Shown here: piece after piece, positions 56,691-64,000 of the stretch
Layout of the letters: each line of letters starts with the position of its first letter
Position numbering within the stretch: position 1 is the first letter of the stretch
Assembly: GCA_031835245.2 (NCBI GenBank)
Contig: JAVKOQ020000056.1
Coordinates: forward strand, 124,001-188,000
Direction of reading: 5' to 3'
Source: Balamuthia mandrillaris
Lineage: Eukaryota
DNA: 64,000 bases
The notes under the pieces: model-generated
Told to the model about the DNA's origin: nothing
The model's input: only the letters and a program-made list of their open reading frames with translations
Database searches by the model: none
Program-made: the position numbers and the translations under genes

Positions 56691-59600
56691 ATGTCGGACA
56701 ACAAGAGATTGACAGTGAAAGAACTGCGGCAAAGGATCGAGGACCTCAGTGGACAATGGATCACCAAGGACTCCAAATCTGTCTTATCGCACAAATTGCA
56801 AGTGCTACAAACTCCTACGTCAAATCCTTCTTCCAACCAACCATTGGACCTCTCGGAAACAGATGAAGGCTCATCTTCCTCCCCGTCCAACAGGTAAAAC
56901 AACTTCAAGCTATCACTATGAAAGGTTTGTGCTTGTATTTTTGTGTTATAGTCAATGACTGAACGGCCACTATTCGCTTTGCTTCTTTCTTCCTCAAGAG
57001 AGAAGGGCCAGTCCAGCTCCATCCTACTTTTGCCCTTTCTCTTCTCTCATCCAAATTATTATTTGAAGGGATGGTGTTGACTGCACTGTACAGCACAGAT
57101 CAGCCCTTCAGCTCATTTGCTGCACCAAACGGCACAGTTCAGCCCTTCAAATCCTCTAGTACTTTAGAAGGGAAATCATTGGCTGCACCATATGACGCAG
57201 CTTAGCCCTTCAAACCTCTGGTATTTTTGAAGGGTGTTGGCTGCGCCATATGGCACAGATCTGCCTGAAAGATCAACACTTTCCTTTTATAGTTTGGGTG
57301 ATGATTGCGCCATATGGCACAGATCACAACTGCTGCCTTAATTTCTTGTTTGGCTGGCAAGAAAAGGTTATAGGCTGCACCGTATGACGCAGCTCATGCC
57401 TTTGGCCTTTTTCTCTCTTGTTGACTAGTTGAAGGGCATTGGCTGTGCCATATGACGCAGCGGATACCCTCCACAGTTTTTCTTTTAACTTTGTACTGTC
57501 ATTAACTTCTTATGTTTTATCAGGTTGGCATTGACCTCAGACCAGAAGGGTTGAATAAGCTGCTGGCCACATTCAACTCAGGTGGCATTTTGTCTTTTGA
57601 TGAACACTCTTCTTTATTATTGATGGAAATGCCCTCAGCTCTGTGGGTGCATCCAGAAAGCAATCAACAAGAATATGTATATCTTGGAGGTAACCATCAA
57701 TGTGCAGCAGCCCATGTATTGTACTGTGAAAACTCTCCAAAGCTGAAGGAGTTAACTTGGAGGGCCAAAGTGCTGCCATTTAATGGCAAACAACTTCCAA
57801 GTGTGGCTGTCTTGGACAAGGTACAATACCTTGGAGTTTTATGTTGTTTTTTCTGTTTTTTAACACGGTGACTTACTCATATTTCTTGGAAGTTGTCTGC
57901 CTGGGACAACCTGGTGTTGTCCGAAGGAGTCAATCAAGAGACAGAATGGGATATGGTCTGTTTTGTGTACAATCATCTCACAAAAACACCAGAGGAGCTG
58001 TTACATTATCTGGTAGGATGGTCCTTCTTTGGTTGCAGGCAAGCTCTGAAATGATTGCTCATTTTCTCTTTTTTGTGTTGGAGAGGAGGGGGTTTTGTAT
58101 TTTAGAATTCACAAACTGCCTCCCAAGATGCCCATAATGCTCTCACCTTTGATCATGTTCAATGTTTGAAAACAGTGGCAAACAAAATGCAGAAATTCCC
58201 AGAGTCTTGGAGTTATATTCAGGAGAAGGACAAAGAAAAGGGGGGCTGGGTGTTTACTCCTTATCACTTGAGAGAGAAAATGCCAAGCTCCTTATCAGAT
58301 GAAACCTTGTTGGCAGCCTTGAAAGAGATATGGGCAAGGCACCTTGAGGATCCCAAGGAAGAATGTTCTGTAACCATCATGAGATGGTTTTGGTGAAGGA
58401 GGTGGAGAGGATTGAGGTGTAGTGGTGTTTGAGTGGAATGGAGGAGAAGCTGGTTCATCAGAGGGTATGTATTGCTACCAGCAAGGAATGAATAAATGAA
58501 TGAAAGATAGCTATTGAAAGGAAAAAAAAAAGAAAAGCAAAAAACAACAACCAAAGACCTCTTCCAAACACCAGGCCAAAAAAGCAAAAAACCATCATCG
58601 TGGCAGACCCAAACTCAACACTCCTCCTCAACCCTCCAAACAATTGGCCCACCAACTCAACAAATGGGGAAAGGATGTGCTTGCTTCTCATTCCCCTCCT
58701 ACCAAGTTCAAAGTGAACATTTATGATAATTTACCAACACATGCTCCCTTGATGCTTGATTCCTTGGGAGTACACTGCCAAAGTAAGTCTTTTTTGGGTT
58801 ATTTTTTCCAAAGAACTCAGATTGCTGTCTGTCTAATTTTCTCTCATTCTTCCCAGACCATTATGTGGAAAGGGTTTTGTTGATAACTACCCATTATAAT
58901 CACTTGCACTTGGCCATGAATCAAATCAATGCCAAAAAACAAAAGCAACATCAGCTTTTGATTAACTTGAAGCTAGAAACAGTTCTTGTTTTTGGGTACA
59001 AACCTCACCATTCCAAGCATAACAACAAACCACAATGGTGTGAGAATGGCATGTTTGTGGCAGTGTGGAACAAAGGCCAAACATAGTTGCAGGATGATTC
59101 TAGTTCGATTACTTCTTCTCTTGTTGGCCTTGGAGACATGGCAACCAACTTCAGTGGTGATTCCAATCAAGGGACCTCAAGCTCAGGAAGGACAAGTGGC
59201 TGATCAGGCGAATCTCTCTTCTTCTCCTGTTCCTCCTTTAAATGTGTATCATTATTTGCTGAACACATTCACAGAGCCTAAAGATGTGGTGTTGGCCTTT
59301 AATTCCACAACAGGTTGTTTGCCTGCAGTTTGTTTGGAAAGTAAGTTCATCCTTTTGTTTTTCCTTTCCTTGTTTCTTTTGGTAATGAACTAAAACATTT
59401 ATAAATGTTAGCAATGCGTCATTTTGTGGCCTTGTTTCCTGGTTCTAGAGCCACAAACTTAGCAGAGCATGCAAAATTATTAGCAACCACTGTGTTGGAT
59501 AGAAACAAGGTGCAAAAAGGCTTAGTTGCTTGGAAGAAAAAACAAAAAGTTCTGAAAGAAGATTTAGTACCAAAAAATGCAGATGATGAAGATGATGAAG

Positions 59601-59926
59601 TTCCAAAAGATAGTAATCAATCTGAAGAGGAAGATGAAGAACTTCCAAAGCTTACCTCCAAAAACCACAAAAAATCAAAAGCACAACAAAATGAAAAAGA
59701 AAAAAGTAAAGAAGTAGAAGTAGAAGAAGAAGAAGAAAAAGAAGGAGAAGAAAAAGAAGGAGAAGAAGAAGAAGAAAAAGAAAGAGAAGAAGAAGAACAA
59801 GAAGATACAGAAAGTAAAAAGAACAATAATAATAGTGATGAGGATTTTTCAGATTCTGATAGCAACACATCTTCTCAATCAACCAAATCAAAAAAAGATA
59901 AAGGAAAAGACAAATTAGACAAATAA
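56691..59926 (+). pseudogene. Transposon cargo gene: SAP/HeH-like, ParB/Srx-like, degenerate N6/N4 DNA methyltransferase-like, charged tail (multi-exon, disrupted)
   Basis: MSDNKRLTVKELRQRIEDLSGQWITKDSKSVLSHKLQ; YVYLGGNHQCAAAH; PLNVYHYLLNTFTEPKDVVLAFNSTTGCLPAVCLE|TMRHFVAL; E/K-rich tail. GT-AG introns, several stops and frameshifts. Confidence 0.5.
57075..57465. repeat. Seven copies of the same palindrome separated by divergent spacers
   Basis: GCTGCRCCRTAYGRCRCAG-like copies starting ~57081, 57120, 57183, 57241, 57305, 57375 and 57443. Inverted relative to the 63-bp array. Confidence 0.85.
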
Positions 59927-60106
59927 ATTCTGTTTTTGAAATATCAACTTTCAAACAACAATAATAAAAATGTTTTCTTTAATATTTATAAAATACTATG
60001 CTATTCATATAAAAAATAATTTATGATTTTCCTTATTAAAAAAAATTTGAAAAAAAATTATTTTTGATTTTGGAAAAATATTTAAAAAATTATTTTTTGC
60101 CTTTTC

Positions 60107-60600
60107 CTCTGCCACCCATAGCTTTCTTGCCACCACGTCAATATACACATTGAATAAGAAGGGAGACAAAACTCCTCCTTACTTAACTCCTCTTTCTACT
60201 AGGAATTCCTCAGAGAGTTGCCCATTCATGCAAATGACACTTGTCATACCACAGTACCACTCTGCAATGATGCTCACTGCTGCCTCTTCTGCTCCTCTTT
60301 TGCGCAATGTCCTTGCCAGTATGTCATGGTCAAGCATGTCATATGCCTTGCTGATATCCAACAGAGCAATATAAGTATGTTCTTTGCTTCTCTTCATCAG
60401 GCATTTCTTCAACTGCCACACTTAATCCATGACTCCTCTTCCTTTTCTAAATCCGCTCTGGCAATCACTTATCCACCCTTGCTCTCTTGCTTGCATATTC
60501 AACTGCACCAAGATAGCTCCCTCAAACACCTTGGCTGCGTTGCATAAGAGGGTAATTCCTCTATAATTTGCTGGGTTCTGCTATCCCAAATTCTCTTACT
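60107..60600 (-). mobile_element. LINE reverse transcriptase fragment (pseudogene)
   Basis: PANYRGITLL, LLDISKAYD.LDH, ERGVK*GGVLSPLLFNVYID. Confidence 0.88.
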
Positions 60601-60979
60601 CCTTTTTATTTTCCCTTTTTGCTCATAATACACTCAAAGCACACACTTTGGTCCACACCTCTTTTCTTGTGAATTAACCCAAAGGAAAGGTGGGTGAGAG
60701 GATCTTCAAGCTGGGGCTCAAGTACATTGAAGTGTGGAAATTAGGAGAAATGCTTTCGCCTACTGGTGGGTAGGCAAAGCCCAAATTGAACAAGCCAAGA
60801 ATGAAGGCAAACCATTGTAGACGCCTAAAGAGCAAAGAAAGAAGGAGAAGAGAAAGGAAAAGGTAGAGAATATTGGAACAGTGGCTTTGGACAGTTTGTT
60901 GGAATTCTCTGGCATCACCCCGGCTAAGGAAGAGCATCACTGCTGCCAACTGGTCTGACATTGTGGATGAGGAAGGAAA

Positions 60980-61910
60980 GGAGACCCAATGACTTCAGTA
61001 GTGTTTATCAACTCTTGGGGCTGGGGACAACAGGAATTGGTCAGCTATTGGGCTGACAGTAAGCAATTTGACTTTTTTGGAGTGTGTAAACATAAGAAGA
61101 TGGTAGTCCCTCTCTTGGAAAGGGAGAGGTACAGGCTGGTAAATAGGTAGAAGGTCTGCTCCAGGGAGGAGTTGCAATGGAAAGGGTGGCACAAGGTTCT
61201 TTGTTTGAGAGGGCTTCAAGGGGAACATCAAAGAAAAGAAAGAGTCACAAATGCCCAACTTCACTTGGGTGGAACTAGCGAGACAGAGTAGCATCTTTAT
61301 AATCATATCATGTATTTCCCTCTAGGAGGTACTATGGACAACTTTAAAGTCGCCTTGGCTGCGATCAAGAAGAGAATCTGAAACTAGTTAATGAAGACCC
61401 CTGATTATTGGAGGAGATTGGAAAGGGCCTTGAGGTGACTCTATTTAGAACATGATAAGAAAAAAGGCTGGCCCTCTTAGTGCCTCAGCTTGAAGAAGAA
61501 ACGCCAGTGTTTACATGGAAAGCTGGAAAACGAAAGAGCATTGTGGACTATGTGGTAGCATAGAGATGGATGGTCAAGGTAGCTGGTGATTAGTAGTCAA
61601 GTTGAAGGATTCTGCAAAAAATTGCAATGAGTTTTAGATGAAATGATGGAAGTGGAAGTCCTGCTTGAAGGAAGAGGTGGAGAGAGTACAAAAGCAGCTG
61701 CAAGCATTTCTTCAAAGAAGAGGAATGAAAAGCCAGGGTGTGGAAAATGCAGGAGGGAGCAACACCAAGCAGGGCAAGGAAGCCATGGTGAACAGCAAAG
61801 TTAACATCCTTGAACAAGCAAGTGGTGAAAGTCCATGCTCAGTGGCTAAGAGAAGGAAAGAATAATGGAAAGGCCAGAGAGGAATTTGTAGTGCTCAGGA
61901 AAAGGTTTGT
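60980..61910 (+). mobile_element. Probable LINE APE-endonuclease-region remnant
   Basis: Broken frames containing LIIGGDW and SIVDYVV. Purine-rich plus strand. Confidence 0.45.
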
Positions 61911-61959
61911 GAGGCATACTTCCTTGGAGAGTCTCTCCTAGAACTCCTCAAAACAAATT

Positions 61960-62900
61960 ATAAACAACAAAATACATGGGATAAACCTCAACTACAGCAG
62001 CTGGAATCACAATCTTAGTAGAAGCTGCCATCTCCCCTTCTGAAAAAAGCCTCAAGAGACAAGATAATCATCTTCATACTCTCAACTCTCTCACACTCCA
62101 GGTACTACCTAAGGATCAATGCACCAAGCTGATACACAAGAACCAGCAAGCTCCCAGTAACTCCTCTCCTGCTGCAATTAGCCCCACTAGCTCTATTACT
62201 TCTTTTTCATGCACCTCTGGACCAACACAGCAGCATACATGCTCGCTTCCTCGTTTGTGCCCATCTGCTCCTATGTTTCACTTCGTTAACTCGATTTCAT
62301 CTACTCAACAACAATCCAATCTCACCATCCCAGCCATCAAGCAACAGTACCCTGTTGGTGAAGATGAAGAGTATGACGAATTTTATGAGTCACAACGATT
62401 CCTCAACTTCACCACTGTTATCAACAAAATGCCTGGCCCTAATCAATGACTATTAATAGATGTTGTGTCAGTTTTGTGATCATTAAATGTGATGCCAGTC
62501 ACCCTTTTATGGACCCCTCTATCGTTGACTTGGTTCATGTCAAAACCAAGCAAGCCAACTACACCATCAAACTCAAACACCAAGAAACCACTACTACATG
62601 TGCAGCTGAAACTGAGCCACTTGCTGTTTTCATTATAAGTTCTCCGTTTTGCCTCAACTGAATGGTCAACAGATCATCCTGGGCCTAGACGTCATGTGCA
62701 AGTCTGGCATGAGCAATACTGATATCTCCATTGACCACCCTGAGGAAACACACACTCCAAGGATTATGACAAAGGGAATCAGAACAACATCTTGTAAACA
62801 CTGTTTTTCGCCATCAATACTCAATCCCACATCACATAATGCTCATCATTAATCTACAAGTGGTAGAATGGCTACATACTGGTGTTATTGTGGGCAGAGG
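61960..62900 (+). mobile_element. Highly eroded Gypsy gag/protease remnant
   Basis: DASHPFMDPSIV and LNGQQIILGLDVM resemble the protease region at 50570-50830. Confidence 0.45.
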
Positions 62901-63085
62901 CAATGAAAAAGCCTTGCACTTGGAGATAGCAGCTTTTTACTAAAAAACCTCCTCTGGAGAACACTTAGTAAATGCATAATATTGTGAAAATAAATGAATG
63001 AGACAAGGAATAGAGAATAGAGGAAAGACAACAGAGTGAATCTTTAATGTTGCTTTAAAGTACATTGAGAGAAAGAGAAAATTGG

Positions 63086-63385
63086 TTATCTGAATGTGAA
63101 TTGTCTTTTTAGTAAACATAAGTGTTGGTACTTACACTTATTAGCTAGGCCTTTGTAATTAAGGATTTCATCAATTTTATACTTATCTTGCAGGAGTCCA
63201 ATGTGCTTCAGATGGTTGGAGCTAAATTTGTTTGGGAGGGTGATAACACCAGTGCTGTCCTGGAGGAGGTATGCACTACCATGATCACAGTGGGAAAACT
63301 GTGTAAAACTGTGTAAAAGACTCTGGAGACTGGGGAACTTGTGTAGCATGACCTTGAAACTAGCAGAATATTTGTAGAGTGTCAT
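63086..63385 (-). mobile_element. Eroded Gypsy integrase C-terminus/chromodomain remnant
   Basis: GSAYLLQDSTG...HLK and YKIDEILNYKG parallel GAYILVDVTG...LLK and YEVSKVLDH of the element at 49240-53863. Confidence 0.5.
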
Positions 63386-63435
63386 GGAAGAATCATTTTA
63401 AGCCTTGGTGTGGGAGCTGCTTCAGGTAGAAGAGG

Positions 63436-63606
63436 TAGTAATAGTAATAAGAAGTTTATTTGCTCCAAGAACAACACCAATCTATACATAAAAAGTAAAC
63501 ATTAGTACATACATAGTGTACTCTTACTTTTCTTACTCTTTCATCCTCAATTGTTATAATGGTTCACAAGTGAAAGGTGTTCAATGAGCTTTTAGACTTA
63601 CTTTGT
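63436..63606 (-). mobile_element. LINE 3'-UTR fragment (same family as 54275-54808)
   Basis: Matches 54273-54447, including TAGTAATAAGAAGTTTATTTGCTC..GA.CAACACCAATCTATACAT. Confidence 0.85.
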
Positions 63607-64000
63607 AGGTAGAAGAGTTTGAAGTTGCTGCTTTCTTGAATCCATTCCAAAGATCTTTTTCTTGTCTTCCCTGGAACTTTCCTGAGCCTAGAACTTAAGA
63701 ACCAAGAAACCAAGAAGTTACTCGCTTAGGCTTCTGCCTTTGAAGACAAGCTTGAATTCCTATGGATGTGCATGCTGTGTACTCCATTTAACTACAACCC
63801 CAAAGTGATCTTTCTCTTTTGAACTTTCTTGAAGAGCGACTTTCAGAAAGCAAAAATATATTTAATAAACAGAAAAGACCATTTGTAAGTGTGTTTTTGT
63901 TGCTTGTTGCTTTTCATGTGTTTTTGTTAAAGGGAAGTTATTTGTAGTTGAGAAGGCAACCAAGGAATGAGGCTTGGGATTGAGAGTGATAGTTTCTCCA

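Larger units (their letters stand above)
44339..60106 (-). mobile_element. Composite DNA transposon (Sola-like DDD transposase plus cargo gene), ~6.8 kb own sequence, interrupted by nested elements; right TIR lost
   Basis: Left TIR AACACAATACAAACAAAAAGGAGAATCTCCTTTTG at 44339-44373. The subterminal AT-rich segment at ~60045-60106 is the reverse complement of the segment following the TIR at 46134 once the LTR insert is removed. The transposase frame is restored across the 46134-55088 insert. Confidence 0.75.

Noticed and set aside
57075..57465. CRISPR array (palindromic repeats with variable spacers)
   Set aside because: Eukaryotic TE context, no cas genes, degenerate repeats with irregular spacing, and some spacers resemble each other.

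Overview
Eukaryotic genomic DNA with short GT-AG introns, compact intergenic spaces and CAA/GA/TTC microsatellites. The gene content suggests an amoebozoan-type protist, which is an inference. Bases 1 to about 42,450 are gene-dense: F-box, TMEM14, group III-type PFK, CAMK-group kinase, APC2, RluA- and RsuA-family pseudouridine synthases, NCAPG2, UGDH, a large Cys-repeat surface protein, bacterial-type MPG, DNAJC12-like, RGS, JmjC and a small HSP. From about 42,450 to the end is a nested, CpG-eroded transposon block. Its most interesting part is an approximately 6.8-kb DNA transposon (44339 to ~60106 after removing inserts). It has 35-bp hairpin-containing TIRs, an intron-containing Sola-like DDD transposase on the minus strand, and a divergently transcribed cargo gene. 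The cargo's apparent architecture is SAP/HeH, ParB/Srx-like, degenerate N6/N4 DNA-methyltransferase-like, then a charged tail. Both genes carry arrays of the same 18-bp palindrome (consensus CTGCGCCGTACGGCGCAG) in apparent introns, one array with an exact 63-bp period. A non-autonomous copy of the same family (46134-55088, TSD GTTT) inserted into the transposase exon. That copy was in turn hit by a non-coding LTR element, a chromodomain Ty3/Gypsy element and a LINE. All calls come from reading motifs by eye. No database searches were run, and exon boundaries are approximate.
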